From assembly GCA_964016885.1 (NCBI GenBank), contig OZ024762.1, positions 23,436,001 to 23,500,000 on the forward strand: 64,000 nucleotides of DNA. Reading direction: 5' to 3'. The notes below the pieces were generated by a model, which was given only the letters and a program-made list of their open reading frames with translations, ran no database searches and had not been told where the DNA came from. The position numbers and the translations under genes are program-made. Source of the DNA: Eledone cirrhosa (taxonomy: Eukaryota). Each line of letters opens with the position of its first letter. The stretch's first letter is position 1. Shown one piece after another: positions 11,591 through 26,130 of this stretch.

Positions 11591-11812
11591 TAGAAATCTA
11601 AGCTATCGCCGTATTTTGACTAAAGAAATTATTTAGTCTGATAGTGGGGTTAAGAACCCTCGGAGAAATGGTAAAAGATGAGTATTGACGTACATCTTTT
11701 TCCATTTCTCCGAGGGTTCTTAACCCCACTATCAGACTAAATAATTTCTTTAGTCAAAATATGGCGTTAGCTTATATTTCTAATTTCAAAACTCGCTCGC
11801 TGTTTCGAAAAC

Positions 11813-11817
<5 letters not shown>
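11585..11817. mobile_element. Fold-back insertion in (TA)n
   Basis: ~95-bp inverted arms (11585-11678 / 11692-11788) plus a ~29-nt tail. Confidence 0.65.
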
Positions 11818-11870
<53 letters not shown>

Positions 11871-11901
11871 TCAATGATATTAATAAATGGAAACTATATT
11901 T

Positions 11902-11960
11902 ATTCTATTATATATATTTCAAGGTTACTAAAACTATGGTACGCCCTCATCAGATAAAAT
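11902..11960 (-). ncRNA. Hammerhead motif, family E
   Basis: Minus strand reads TTTTAT-CTGATGA-GG...CCTT-GAAATATATATA-ATAGAAT, inside the fold-back 11868-12130. Confidence 0.62.
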
Positions 11961-12131
11961 AGAAAGTTTGTTTTATAAATATTGACATATCCAGGAATGA
12001 GACCTTAACGGTTCAAGTTCCACTATTTATTAATATCATTGATATTATACTCCAGAAAACTTGTCGAGTGCTTCGAATCTGTTATAAATATATATATTTG
12101 TTGAATTACCAACAAATTAAATATTCCTTTG

Positions 12132-12163
<32 letters not shown>

Positions 12164-12166
<3 letters not shown>

Positions 12167-12297
12167 CGAAGGAAGTGTGGTAAGGAACCAGATGGACCAT
12201 AACGCACCAGACTACTCGATACTTAGGGTAGTAGAGTGAATAATAGGAAAATGTTTAACCCCTACGGAAGAGCTCTGCCGTCGGGGTTAAACATTTT

Positions 12298-12301
<4 letters not shown>
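12164..12301. mobile_element. Family A-related fold-back centred on HHR stem III
   Basis: Family A-like tail followed by the palindrome TAGGAAAATGTTTAACCCC..AGAGCTCT..GGGGTTAAACATTTTCCTA. Confidence 0.7.
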
Positions 12302-12344
<43 letters not shown>

Positions 12345-12400
12345 TAATAAAAACAATGAATAAAAACAAAGAACAAGTTCCTTATATTAAAAAATTCATC

Positions 12401-12524
12401 ATTTTACGATCGTTTCTAGGATATATATGTGTTGGTATGTATATCATATAGATCTATGTAAAAATATTACAAACTATCAGAGGAAATATACATACCTTCA
12501 CATATATATGCTGTCTTCAGAAAT
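12401..12524 (-). ncRNA. Hammerhead motif with very long stem II
   Basis: Minus strand reads ATTT-CTGAAGA-..ATATATATGTG-aa-GGTATGTATAT..loop..ATATACATACC-aa-CACATATATAT..-GAA-ACGATCGT-A-AAAT. Confidence 0.75.
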
Positions 12525-12536
12525 ATATATATATAT

Positions 12537-12778
12537 AAAACAAAGAAAGTGTGGTAAGTAAACAGGTGGACACAGGAGAGTGGCACATGTATGTAGAGTA
12601 ACCAAGGGGAGAGAGATTGTTATACTTTGGGAGGGTCATGCTGACAATAAAAACACATGCACCTGTGGGTTTTCACTTCAATTTATTATAAATTTCCGGT
12701 TGGTTGGTTCGATAACCGGAAGGTGGTTTATATATTTTCAAATCTCTTTCGTTACATATTCTGTGACCTCCTCAAAAT
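12537..12778 (-). mobile_element. pLTR remnant related to the PLE at 35837-39808, with degenerate HHR
   Basis: Reverse complement matches 39614-39808 (gtcacagaat..gaaaga..accggaaatttata..tgaccctcccaaagtataacaat). Confidence 0.72.
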
Positions 12779-12781
12779 AAA

Positions 12782-12867
<86 letters not shown>

Positions 12868-12873
<6 letters not shown>

Positions 12874-12992
12874 GTAAACAAGAAATAACAAACCAAACGT
12901 CTCAGTACATTGAAAAAATATATTAATTTAACGCTTGAAATAACAGAAAAAGTGTCATAACATTTCGGACACTAGTCCTTCATCAGAAGGCA
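12868..12992 (-). mobile_element. Family D short element with minimal HHR
   Basis: Minus strand reads CTGATGA-a-GGACtagtGTCC-GAAATGTTA (12955-12989). Homologous to 10381-10496 and 57663-57780. Confidence 0.68.
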
Positions 12993-13103
12993 GAATAAAA
13001 AATATAAGATGACATAGAAATACAGAGAGTAGGAAGAGGAAGAAATCGGACAAATATAAAAATTCAAAAAACATACATGCGTATTCATCAATATTATGAG
13101 AAA

Positions 13104-14048
13104 ATGGTGGATTGGCAGTATCGGTAGAGAGTCAGACGCCATGTTTTCCAACATAGTTATGTCCCTTTAAGTTCTGAGTTCAAATCCCACCATGGTTAAC
13201 TTTTCCTTTCATCCTTACGGGGTCGATAAAATAAAGTACCAGTAATACACTGATTAATTGCTGGCCTTGTGCCAAAAGTAGAAACAATTATTATTATTAT
13301 TATTCAAATCCCGCCGAGGTTAACTTTGCCTTTCATCCTTACGGGGTCGATAAAATAAAGTACCAGTAATACACTGAGATAATTGCTGGCCTTGTGCCAA
13401 AAGTAGAAACAATTATTATTATTATTATTATTCAAATATGGCGGTGGATTGGCAGTATCGGTAGAGGGTCGGACGCCATGCTTTCCAGCATAGTTACGTC
13501 CCTTTACGATCTGAGTTCCAATCCCGCCAAGGTTGACTTTGCCTTTCATCCTTACGGGGTCGATAAAATAAAGTACCAGTAATACACTGAATTAATTGCT
13601 GGCCTTGTGCCAAAAGTAGAAACAATTATTATTATTCAAATATGGCGGTGGATTGGCAGTATCGGTAGAGGGTCGGACGCCCTGCTTTCCAGCATAGTTA
13701 CGTCCCTTTACGATCTGAGTTCAAATCCCGCCGAGGTTGACTTTGCCTTTCATCCTTACGGGGTCGATAAAATAAAGTACCAGTAATACACTGATATAAT
13801 TGCTGGCCTTGTGCCAAAAGTAGAAACAATTATTATTATTATTATTATTCAAATATGGCGGTGGATTGGCAGTATCGGTAGAGGGTCGGACGCCCTGCTT
13901 TCCAGCATAGTTACGTCCCTTTACGATCTGAGTTCAAATCCCGCCGAGGTTGACTTTGCCTTTCATCCTTACGGGGTCGATAAAATAAAGTACCAGTAAT
14001 ACACTGAATTAATTGCTGGCCTTGTGCCAAAAGTAGAAACAATTATTA
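13104..14048 (+). mobile_element. Head-to-tail array of five SINE copies (one 5'-truncated)
   Basis: Units start near 13104, 13304 (truncated at the B-box), 13439, 13642 and 13855, joined by (ATT)n-caaata linkers. Confidence 0.92.
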
Positions 14049-14418
14049 TGATAAAATAGGGACCCACGAGCTGGCCACCCTGTGGACTCGGTGGACGGAA
14101 CAGAGAAGGCCTTTCTCCGGAAGATGGTGACGGGGACGCGCTGAATTTCTTTATGATTAAAGTTATAACCACGTGCAGTTATTGTTTTTATGGTGTCAGA
14201 GCTGATCGTTTGTTAGTATTTACAAACCGAGAGAACATTGTAGAAGGCGAAACTAATCTATCATAAGCAATGTTCACAGGCGGAAGTTATACATACCGCC
14301 ATTTTCTCTGCCGGATCATCCGTGCCTGCATGATCCGGCACGTAGACATTGTTTGGTTTTAATGAATAAATTTTGTCCTCTTACAATAAATATCTGCATT
14401 GAGGAATTGTGAAGAGGA

Positions 14419-15645
14419 AATGGTTGATGGTGATGATGGTGGTGGTGATGATGATGGTGATGATGGTGGTGATGGTGGTGATGATGATGGTGATGATGGT
14501 GGTGATGATGGTGGTGGTGATGATGGTGATGGTGGTGATGATGGTGGTGATGATGGTGGTGGTGATGATGGTGATGGTGGTGATGATGGTGGTGATGATG
14601 GTGGTGATGATGATGGTGATGGTGGTGATGATGATGGTGATGATGGTGGTGATGATGATGGTGGTGATGGTGGTGATGATGGTGGTGATGATGATGGTGG
14701 TGATGATGATGGTGATGATGGTGGTGATGATGATGATGGACGAAAACAAAACATGTAGTTAACAAGGGGTGACAGTAGTGGAGTGATGGTGGTGGTGGTG
14801 GTTGTGGTGGGGGGGTGACTGTGGTGGTGGTGGCGGTGTTGGTGTTGTTGTTGGTGGTGGTGGTGGTGGTGTTGGTGCTGTTGGTGCTGTTGGTGGTGGT
14901 GGCGGTGTTGGTGGTGGCGGTGGTGCTGTTGTTGGTGGTGGCGTTGCTGGTGGTGGTGGTGGCGGCGGCGGCGTTAGTGTTGGTGTTGGTGCTGTTGCTG
15001 TTGGTGGTGTTGGTGGTGTTGGTGGTTGTGCTGTTGATGATGGTGGTGGTGGTGGTGCTGTTGGTGGTGGTGGTGATTGTGGTGGTGTTGGTGGCGTTGG
15101 TGCTGGTGGTGGCGGTGACGGTGGACGATAACATGTAGTTAACAAGCAACATAACATTAACACTAACAACACTAACAATGAAGAGGAGGAAAAGATGGCA
15201 GAAGAGAAAGAAAAAAGAAGAGAAAAAAAGAAAAAGAAGATAAGAAGAAAGATAATGAACAAGAAGATAAAGAAGTAGAATAAGAAGATGAAAAAAAAGA
15301 TGAAGACAGAAGAAGGAGAAGAAGAATTGCAGGAAACAGAAGAAGAAGAAGAAGAAGAAGAACAACAACACAGGGGAAGACAAAAAAAGAAGAAAAAGAA
15401 CACAGAAGAAGAAGAAGAAGAAGAAGAAGAAGACAGGGGAAGACAAAGAAGAAGAAAAAGAACAAAGAAGAAGAAGAAGAAGAACACAGAGGAAGACAAA
15501 GACGAAGAAGAAAAATGAACACAGAAGAAGAAGAAGAAGAAGAAGAAGAACACAGTGGAAGACAAAGAAGAAGAAGTAAAAGAACACAGAAGAAGAAGAT
15601 AAAGAACACAGAAGAAGAAAAAGAAGAAGGAGGAGGAGGAGGTAG
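14419..15645. repeat. (GGT/GAT)n then (GAA)n low-complexity tracts
   Basis: Trinucleotide repeats seen directly. Confidence 0.95.
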
Positions 15646-16742
15646 CTATGAAACGAAGAGAAGTCTTGTCACGGACATATTTCAATATGGTTCAATAACC
15701 AGATATATTTTCACTGGAGATTCCAAACCCTGGATCATGGAAAATAATAAAGCTTAACTCACCGTTTCTAATTTACTCACTTTTTATACACTTCTGTGTA
15801 TTTTGCTCTACTACAATGTTGTTTTCAAACACACACTTGTAGAAATACAATTAAATTGTTTCAGATAATATATATACAGAACGTCAGCGCAGCTCCATAT
15901 CTGAGTAAGGATTACAGCAAGCGAGAGGTGGAGGTGGTGGTGGCTGCTGTAGCGGGTGTCGCTGGCTATTGACCGCGGGAATGCTTGTGCGGTCGGTCTT
16001 GTCTGCGAGGCGCAGCCCCAAAACCATCCCTTCCTCTCCTCGTTCTTCTGTGACCTTAGAGCCCATCACCCTTCCTCTTCCCCCTTCCTCATCCCCCTTC
16101 CATTTCCCATTCTTCTGTGATCCTAGAGCCCTTACTTTCCCTTCCCTTTTCCGTTTTCATAAACACAAAAGACATTTGCATTTTCTTTACAATAAAACAT
16201 TTTATATATACAGTATGCAATATATTGCCTTTCATCCTTTCGAGGTCGATAAAAAAGTACGAGTCTTGTACTGGGGTCAATTCTTCCTCTATATCCCTTT
16301 CTCATTTGCTCTCTCTCACTTTTTATCTTTCTCTGGAAGAAATCTGCTGTACTCAGGCCATGAGAGAGAGAGATGAGCTCCTCCAGGCTTTAAATGCCCA
16401 AGAAACGCCGTATGACCTTTATTCTCTTTTTACCCATAAAATTAGAAGGCAGGAAGTGGCAGAACCATTACAACGTTAAATAGAATGCGTTGTGGTATTC
16501 CCATCGGATTTCTCCGCTCACTGAGTTCAAATCACGACTGAGATCAATTTTGCCCCTCATTCTTTCCGTGTTATGTGTACGATGTATGGGATGTGGTGTG
16601 TTAGAACAGGGTGTAGGGTTGTGGTTTGTGTTTACATGAGATTTTGGATAACATGGATGTAGATTTGTTTATATTCAAGTGAAGGCAATTGACAGCCTTT
16701 ATATATATATATATATATATATGTCTGTATGTGTATGTATAT

Positions 16743-16825
<83 letters not shown>

Positions 16826-16898
16826 CTGTGTGTGTATGTATATGTATATATATAAATATGTATATATATATGTGTGTGTCTGTGTGTGTATGTATATG

Positions 16899-16931
<33 letters not shown>

Positions 16932-16972
16932 GTGTGTGTATGTATCCATATATTTGTATATACATGTTTATA

Positions 16973-17006
<34 letters not shown>

Positions 17007-17302
17007 CATATATATATATATTTATATGTATACATATTTATATATATATATATACATATATATAAATACATATTTATATATATATATATATATACATATA
17101 TATAAATGCATATTTATATATATATATATATAAATATGTATATACATATTTATATAAGTATGAATATACATATATATATATATGTATATGTATATATATA
17201 TGTATATATATATGTATATATATATATATATATATATGTGTATATACATATATATATACATATATATATATATATACATATTTATGTAAATATGTATATA
17301 CA

Positions 17303-17341
<39 letters not shown>

Positions 17342-17362
17342 TTATATAAGTATGTATATACA

Positions 17363-17416
<54 letters not shown>

Positions 17417-17428
17417 TGTATATATATG

Positions 17429-17533
<105 letters not shown>

Positions 17534-17554
17534 GTATATATGTATATATATATG

Positions 17555-17636
<82 letters not shown>

Positions 17637-17804
17637 AATATACAGAGAGAGAGAGGCGGGGTAGAGAGTTAGATAACTACTCAATACATGGCCAAAAAAA
17701 TAAAACGAGATAAAAGAGAGTTTTATAGACTTGAAAGGCTTTTGATCATAATTCTGCCTTAGTATGGCTGACATGGATGTTAAACAACAACACTAATAAT
17801 ATAG

Positions 17805-17948
17805 CCATCACCATCATCATCATCATCATCATCATCGTCATCACCATCACCATCATCACCATTATCATCATCATCAGCATCACCCTCAACATCGCCATCA
17901 TCATTATCATTATCCACATCATCATCATCATCATCATGACCACCAATA

Positions 17949-17990
<42 letters not shown>

Positions 17991-19768
17991 TATCATCATC
18001 ATCATCACCATCATCATCCTCACCATCATCATCACCATCATCATCATCACCATCATCATCATCACCACCATTATCATCATCATCATCATCGTCACCACCA
18101 TTATCATCATCATCATCACCATCATCATCATCACCATCATCATCGTCATCACCATCACCATCATCATCATCATCATCATCACCATCACCACCACCATCAT
18201 CACCACCATCATCATCATCATCATCACCACAATCATCATCACCACCATCATCATCATCACTATCACCATCATTACCATCACCCTCAACATCACCATCATC
18301 CTCACCATTATCATTATCCTCATCATCATCATCATCATCATGACCACCACTACAACACCATCATCACCCTCATCAACCTCATCATTATCCTCGTCATCAT
18401 CATGACCACCACTATCCCATCACCATCATTATCCACATCAGCCTCATCATCATCATCATCATCGTCATCATCATCATTGTCATCATCATTATCCTCTTCC
18501 TCATCATCATCATCATCACCATAACCATCCTCGAGTGTCTACACAGTCTCTGGCTCTGTTTGTTTATTTATATATGGCATTAAGCTGACATCTTCAACTG
18601 CAGACAACAACACCACCAACAACAACAACAACAACGCCATCAACAACACTAACACCACCAACACCACCACCAACACCAACAACACCACCAACACCACCAC
18701 CAACACCAACACCACCACCAACACCAACAACACCACCAACAACACCAACACCACCAACACCAACACCACCAACACTATCACCACCACCAACACCAACAAC
18801 ACCACCAACAACAACAACACCAACAACACCAACAACACCACCAACACCAACACCACCAACACTAACACCACCACCAACACCAACACCACCAACACTAACA
18901 CCAACAACACCACCAACACCAACAACACCAACAACACCAACAACACCAACAACACCACCAACACCAACACCACCAACACTATCACCACCACCAACACCAA
19001 CAACACCAACAACACCACCAACACCACCAACACCACCAACACCACCAACACTATCACCACCACCAACACCAACAACACCATCAACACCACCAACACCAAC
19101 ACCACCACCAACACCAACACCACCACCAACACCAACAACACCACCAACACCACCAACACCAACACCACCACCAACACCAACACCACCACCAACACCAACA
19201 ACACCACCAACACCACCAACACCAACAACACCACCAACACCAACACCACCAACACTAACACCACCAACACTAACACCACCAACACCACCAACACTATCAC
19301 CACCACCAACACCAACAACACCATCAACACCACCAACACCAACACCAACACCACCACCAACACCAACAACACCACCAACACCACCACCAACACCAACACC
19401 ACCACCAACACCAACAACACCACCAACACCACCAACACCAACAACACCACCAACACCACCACCAACACCAACACCAACACCAACACCACCACCAACACCA
19501 ACAACACCACCAACACCACCAACACCATCAACACCACCAACACCAACACCAACACCAACACCACCACCAACACCAACAACACCACCACCAACACCAACAA
19601 CACCACCAACACCACCACCAACACCAACACCACCACCAACACCAACAACACCACCAACACCAACAACACCACCAACACCACCAACACCAACAACACCACC
19701 AACACTAACACCACCAACACTAACACCACCAACACCAACAACACTAACACCGCCAACACCACCAACAA
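17805..19768. repeat. (CAT)n and (CAC/CAA)n low-complexity tracts
   Basis: Trinucleotide repeats separated by a ~70-bp unique island at ~18530-18602. Confidence 0.95.
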
Positions 19769-19852
19769 TGTTGTAACAACTCACTAAGCCATAAACATTC
19801 GGCTATTTGTTTTTCAAGTTACAACAGATTATCTGAAAATGTACAATATATT

Positions 19853-19922
<70 letters not shown>

Positions 19923-20136
19923 AAAAATATGGGGAGAAGAATACTGCATGGTTGCACATGGATTACATGTTATAAAATGAGTCCCTCATCAGTGATTTGC
20001 CAACGATCATTGGTATTTCATCGCATTAAAAATCACATACCTCACGTTGGTGCGACAATAACTAAAATAAGTTATTAGGACAATTGAAACGCGTAAAGCG
20101 AGTGAGACAAGTAAACAACACAGGGGAAAGCTAACC

Positions 20137-20192
<56 letters not shown>

Positions 20193-20410
20193 GTGTGTAT
20201 ATATATATATGTGTGTGTATACATATATATTTTTTTGTGTGTATATGTATATATATATAAAAGAAATAGGATTTCGCTTCAACCATAGCTTTATACAATA
20301 TGTATAAATATTTCGTATCTCCAAAGAAATACGGTTTTAGGAAGCCGTAGCTATGCAAACACTGGGAGGTTAACGCCCTCTGGTGATGTCCAGCAGAAGC
20401 AAGGGGGACA

Positions 20411-20454
20411 ACCGTCTATGTATTTCAGGCTTAACTGGCCTTCGTCAGGACGGT
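20411..20454 (-). ncRNA. Minimal type I hammerhead ribozyme
   Basis: Minus strand reads ACCGTC-CTGACGA-AGGCcagttaaGCCT-GAA-ATacAT-A-GACGGT: 6-bp stem I and canonical core. Confidence 0.8.
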
Positions 20455-21854
20455 CCCTCCCAACGCTTGCGACTGCTAAAGTAGAAGACAGCCGAGAATA
20501 TATACTTTTCTCGTCTGTGTAAATGAGGTGATTAATCTCATTTGCATCTGTCTTCTAGTCTAATCCAGCAGTCGCAGCGGGGAAGGCTGAAGGTGGTGTT
20601 TGTGTATGTGTGTAGGTGTACGTGTGTGTGCATGTGTATGTGAATATGAGAGTTGGGGGAAGAACGAGGTTCCATGTTCAGGAAAAGGTGTGTGCGTTGG
20701 ATGGGGTGTAAGTCGATGTGTGCGTGCGTGTGGAAGGAGTGGGGTCGGGGGGGCGTGTTGATTCTGGAGGCTGAGTGTGTATATGTGGGGGTACGCACGT
20801 GTGTGTTTGTGTTTATACGTGGTGTGGATGTAGGTGGCGTGGTGCGAAAAAAAATGTGAGTGTATGTTCGCGGATAAGTTCCTAAGGTAGTTCCATGGAT
20901 TGTGCGAGGAGGTGCTGGATATTTTTCATGTTATGGAGTGGATGGCTGGAACGATGACCGGTGGTGTAGAATCCATTAGTGGTGGAGGTCGGAAGTGAGG
21001 GAAGTGGGGTGCGCTCGCAACAGGAAGTGGTCAGAGGGTCAAGGAAGGGTGAAGAGATAGCAGTAGAGGAGGATGACAGGTGGAGAAACGGTCAGTGTGG
21101 TGAGGACTGTGTGTGCGTCTTTGTGTGCGGAGGTGCGGTGGACAGGGAGAGGATGGGTAGGTGTGAAGGGTGGAGGGGGAAGGTGATGATGAGCTGGTGG
21201 GGGGGTTATATTAGTAAGGTGTTAGTGGGATGTGTGTGTGAAGAGGTGTAGGTGGAGCGAGGAGAGGGAGAGAGCGGGATAGAGAGAGGGAGAGAAGAGG
21301 TGTTGCGGACGGATGAGGGAGTGTAGTGTACTGGTGTGTGTGTGCGTGTTTGGATGAATGTGTGTGTGGTAAAGTGGGTGTTAGTGGGTGTTAGTATATA
21401 CATCTAGCTATCCACCACGTGGTGGGGAAAGGGTTGAAAGCGGGTGTGTGTGTGGGGGTTAGTATTGTTAGTTGTGGGATGGACCAAGGGGGTGGAGCGG
21501 TGAAAAGGAGGAGTGTGTTAGTGGTGTGAGTGGGGAATATGTGAGAGGAGGGGGGTGCTGTCGAAGGCTAAAGGAATGGGAGTGGGAAGTTCAGGCCGGG
21601 GGTAGTGTAGGTCTGGAGGGTGAAGATGGTGCGTTGTTTGACCGTGAGGCGGCGGGCGGGTGTTCCATACATACAAATATATATAATATATATATACAAC
21701 ATATTTCCTAAATCGATTGTTTTCAGCTGAAAGGAAACTTGTTTTTCGCTTCAAATGATAAATCCTTTTGATTTCAATATTTTTTTTTTTTCAATATTTT
21801 ATTTAGTTTTTTTTACCTGCCTGAACTCTCACTCGTCTTTCATTGTTTTAAATT

Positions 21855-22808
21855 AGTAGTAAGGTAGTAGTAGTAGTAGTAGTGGTGGTGGTGGTGGTGG
21901 TGGTGGTGGTGGTGGTGGTGGTGGTGGTGGCGGTGGCAGTAGTGGTGGTGATGGTTTTAGTGGTAGTAGTAGTAGTGGGGGGGGGGGGTAGTGGGGGGGG
22001 GCAGTAGTGGTGGGTATGGTTTCAGTGGTAGTAGTAGTAGTAGTGGTGGTGGTGGTGGTAGTGGCAGTAGTGGTGGTGATGGTTTTAGTGGTAGTAGTAG
22101 TAGTAGTGGTGGTGGTAGTGGTGGTGGTGGGGGTAGTAGTGGCAGTAGTGGTGGTGATGGTTTTAGTGGTAGTAGTAGTAGTGGTGGTGGTAGTGGTGGT
22201 GGTAGTGGTAGTAGTGGCAGTAGTGGTGGTTATGGTTTTAGTGGTAGTAGTAGTAGTGGTGGTGGTAGTGGTGGTGGTGGTTTTAGGGGTAGTAGTAGTG
22301 GTGGTGGTGGTTGTGGTGGTGGTTTTGGTGGTGGTGGTGGTGGTGGTGGTGGTTGTGGTGGTGATGATGATAATGGTAGCAGTGGTGGTGGTGGTTGTGG
22401 TGGTTATGATGATGGTAACAGTGGTGGTGGTGGTGATGGTGGTGGTGATGGTGGTGGTGGTGGTTGTGGTGGTGATGATGATAATGGTAGCAGTGGTGGT
22501 GGTGGTTGTGGTGATGATGGTGGTGATGATGGTGGTGGCAGTGGGGGTGGTTGTGGTGGTGGTGATGATGATGATGGTAGCAGTGGTGGTGGTAGTTGTG
22601 GTGATGATGGTGGTGGCAGTGGGGGTGGTAGTGGTGGTGGCAGTGGTGGTTGTGGTTGTGATGATGATGATGGTAGCAGTGGTGGTGGTGGTAGCAGTGG
22701 CCGTTGTAGTTGTAGTGGTGATGGTGTCAGTGGTGGTGGTGGAAGTAGTGAAGGTAGTGGTAGTAGTAGTGGTGGTGGTAGTAGTTATGGTGATGCTGAT
22801 GATGGTAA
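21855..22808. repeat. (GGT/AGT)n low-complexity tract
   Basis: Seen directly. Confidence 0.95.
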
Positions 22809-22908
22809 TTTGACTTAGTGCTCAGTCGAACGTAAAGGTGTTTTGTTTTATCAATTTTATTTCTATCGTTCGTTTATTTCACAACTGAGAGCAGTTCTGT
22901 CTACCCTG

Positions 22909-23175
22909 GGTACATAACGGGTGGGGTGGTACATATCGGGTGGGGTGTGTGGAGTACATAACGGGTGTGGGGTGTGTGGGGTATGTGGGGGGTGTACATA
23001 ACGCGTGTGGGGTGTGTGAGCGAGTGGGTGTGTGGCGTACATAACGGATGTGGGGTGTGTGGGGTATGTGTGTGTGGGGGGTACTTAACGGGTGTGGGTG
23101 GGGGTGACTGGGTGGCTGGAGTACATAACGGGTGTGGGGTGTGTGTGGGAGTGGGTGTGTGGAGTGCGTAACGGT
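22909..23175. repeat. G-rich degenerate minisatellite (GTACATAACGGGTGTGGGG)
   Basis: About seven variable units. Confidence 0.8.
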
Positions 23176-23319
23176 GTGTGTATGTGTGCACATATGTGTG
23201 TGTATGTGTGTACATGCGCATGTGTGTATGTGTGTCCTTGTATGTGTGTGTGGGTGTGTGTGTCTGGGATTTTACCCCTCCCATTTATTAAATACCCTAC
23301 ATATTGCATATACGATAGA

Positions 23320-24190
23320 TGTCTGACTGTCTGGCTGTCTGACTGTATATGTCTCTGTCTGACTGTCTGACTGTATATGTCTCTGTCTGACTGTCTGACT
23401 GCTGACTGTCTGACTGACTATGTCTCTGTCTGACTGCTGACTGTCTGACTGTATATTCTCTGTCTGACTGTCTGACTGCTGACTGTCTGACTGTCTATGT
23501 CTCTGTCTGACTGCTGACTGTCAGACTGTATATTCTCTGTCTGAGTGTCTGACTGCTGACTGTCTGACTGTCTATGTCTCTGTCTGACTGTCTGACTGTA
23601 TATGTCTCTGTCTGACTGTCTGACTGCTGACTGTCTGACTGACTATGTCTCTGTCTGACTGCTGACTGTCTGACTGTATATTCTCTGTCTGACTGTCTGA
23701 CTGCTGACTGTCTGACTGTCTATGTCTCTGTCTGACTGCTGACTATCTGACTGTATATTCTCTGTCTGACTGTCTGACTGCTGACTGTCTGACTGTCTAT
23801 GTCTCTGTCTGACTGTCTGACTGTATATGTCTCTGTCTGACTGTCTGACTGCTGACTGTCTGACTGACTATGTCTCTGTCTGACTGCTGACTGTCTGACT
23901 GTATATTCTCTGTCTGACTGTCTGACTGCTGACTGTCTGACTGTCTATGTCTCTGTCTGACTGCTGACTATCTGACTGTATATTCTCTGTCTGACTGTCT
24001 GACTGCTGACTGTCTGACTGTCTATGTCTCTGTCTGACTGTCTGACTGTATATGTCTCTGTCTGACTGTCTGACTGCTGACTGTCTGACTGACTATGTCT
24101 CTGTCTGACTGCTGACTGTCTGACTGTATATTCTCTGTCTGACTGTCTGACTGCTGACTGTCTGACTGTCTATGTCTCTGTCTGACTGTC
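23320..24190. repeat. Compound (CTGT/CTGA) satellite with higher-order repeats
   Basis: Recurrent tgtctctgtctgactg(ctgactg)tctgactgta blocks. Confidence 0.9.
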
Positions 24191-24304
24191 CGTCTGTTTC
24201 TCCGTATGTCTGTGTCTCTGTATGTCTGACTGTCTGTCTGTTTGTCTTTCTGTCTGTCTGTCTTTAGGTGTATGCGTGCATGTATATATATATATTTTCC
24301 ATTG

Positions 24305-24412
24305 TTCAAATCCCGCCGAGGTTAACTTTGCCTTTCATCCTTACGGGGTCGATAAAATAAAGTACCAGTAATGTACTGGGTAATTGCTGGCCTTGTGCCT
24401 AAAGTAGAAATA
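24305..24412 (+). mobile_element. 5'-truncated SINE
   Basis: Matches the 3' half of 7849-8035. Confidence 0.88.
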
Positions 24413-24485
24413 GTTATTTTAACTTAGCGTCACTTTCATTTTTAATAGATTTTAATTTCAAATCTCATATACAAAACATAAATAT

Positions 24486-24554
24486 TTCATCTGATGAACG
24501 AGCCGGACGTTTCTGTAAGGATTGTCTATTTTCATGAAACCTTTGGTAATGGAA
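24486..24554 (+). ncRNA. Hammerhead motif, family F
   Basis: TTCAT-CTGATGA...GAA-ACCtttGGT-A-ATGGAA; homologous to 31277-31344. Confidence 0.65.
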
Positions 24555-24583
24555 TAATTATATTGTGTTGTTTATTATGTAAT

Positions 24584-24654
<71 letters not shown>

Positions 24655-24755
24655 GAATAATAACAGGTAGACATCATAAAAAAGGTAATTTCAACTACTC
24701 TATCTTTTCCAATAACCTCACTTAAGGGTATTTACATTGTACATTTTAACCATTC

Positions 24756-24840
24756 TGCTCTGATGATACAGTGGTCACAGCATTTGATATTTGAGTTCTG
24801 CAAATAGTTGAAAATTTGCACATAGAAACATTTGTAAGCA
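24756..24840 (+). ncRNA. Hammerhead motif with branched stem II
   Basis: TGCT-CTGATGA-ta..(TGCAAAT/ATTTGCA hairpin)..ta-GAA-ACatttGT-A-AGCA, lying between inverted arms 24652-24691 / 24849-24887. Confidence 0.68.
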
Positions 24841-25032
24841 CACCGAATAAATTACCTTTTTATGATGTCTACCTGTTATTATTCATTCTTTATCTACACT
24901 CCGGAATACAGAAGGATCAGGAACTAAGTTTCTTCAACAATTCTTCCATAACTCGTTGAGTAACCTCTCACCGTACATCAACCATATCCAGTGTAGTAAT
25001 TAACCATTACTACATCTAGGATAATCCTATAC

Positions 25033-25067
<35 letters not shown>

Positions 25068-25171
25068 CCTCGGAGGAATAACAACACACCCAGGAGCTGG
25101 ACGTATCGATGTATTGACGAGTAAAACACACTTCAACAACATGTGTACCTGTCTTTTCCACACCAATTCGA

Positions 25172-25226
25172 ACTTCCTGAAGAGGTCACAGCCAATGATG
25201 GCTGTCACCGAAATATATATAGCAGT
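25172..25226 (+). ncRNA. Type I hammerhead motif
   Basis: ACTtC-CTGAAGA-GGTcACAGCCAatgaTGGCTGTcACC-GAA-ATATATAT-A-GcAGT. Confidence 0.78.
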
Positions 25227-25357
25227 AATTTTTAATTTATAATAAACGAAGCCAAATTTTACATATTTGACTTAATTATTTTACATTACTCCGGAGTAAA
25301 CAAATCAATCTGCATACTGAGGTGTCGGTAAACAACCAACATATACCAACATATACT

Positions 25358-25845
<488 letters not shown>

Positions 25846-26130
25846 TTGAGAAATCGCACACGAGGAAAAATTAAAAAAGTAGAAAATGTAAATACGATTT
25901 TCTCATAGAAAAACAGAACAACATTTTTTTAGAAACAATTTTTAGAGTACCGGTTTCAGTACATAAAACTTTCGACTTCATGCTACAGGAAATATTATAA
26001 AAAGTATCTAATAAACTTAATGTGTACATTAATTAGAAGAGGGTATTTGAGAACATAGTTTACATATGTATAGAAATTCACATTTTCCTTTATCTCTCCC
26101 TCTCTCTCATATATATACTATATATATATA

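Noticed and set aside
19960-19997. Hammerhead (CTGATGA on minus strand)
   Set aside because: GAAA and stem II are not recoverable; at best a decayed copy.
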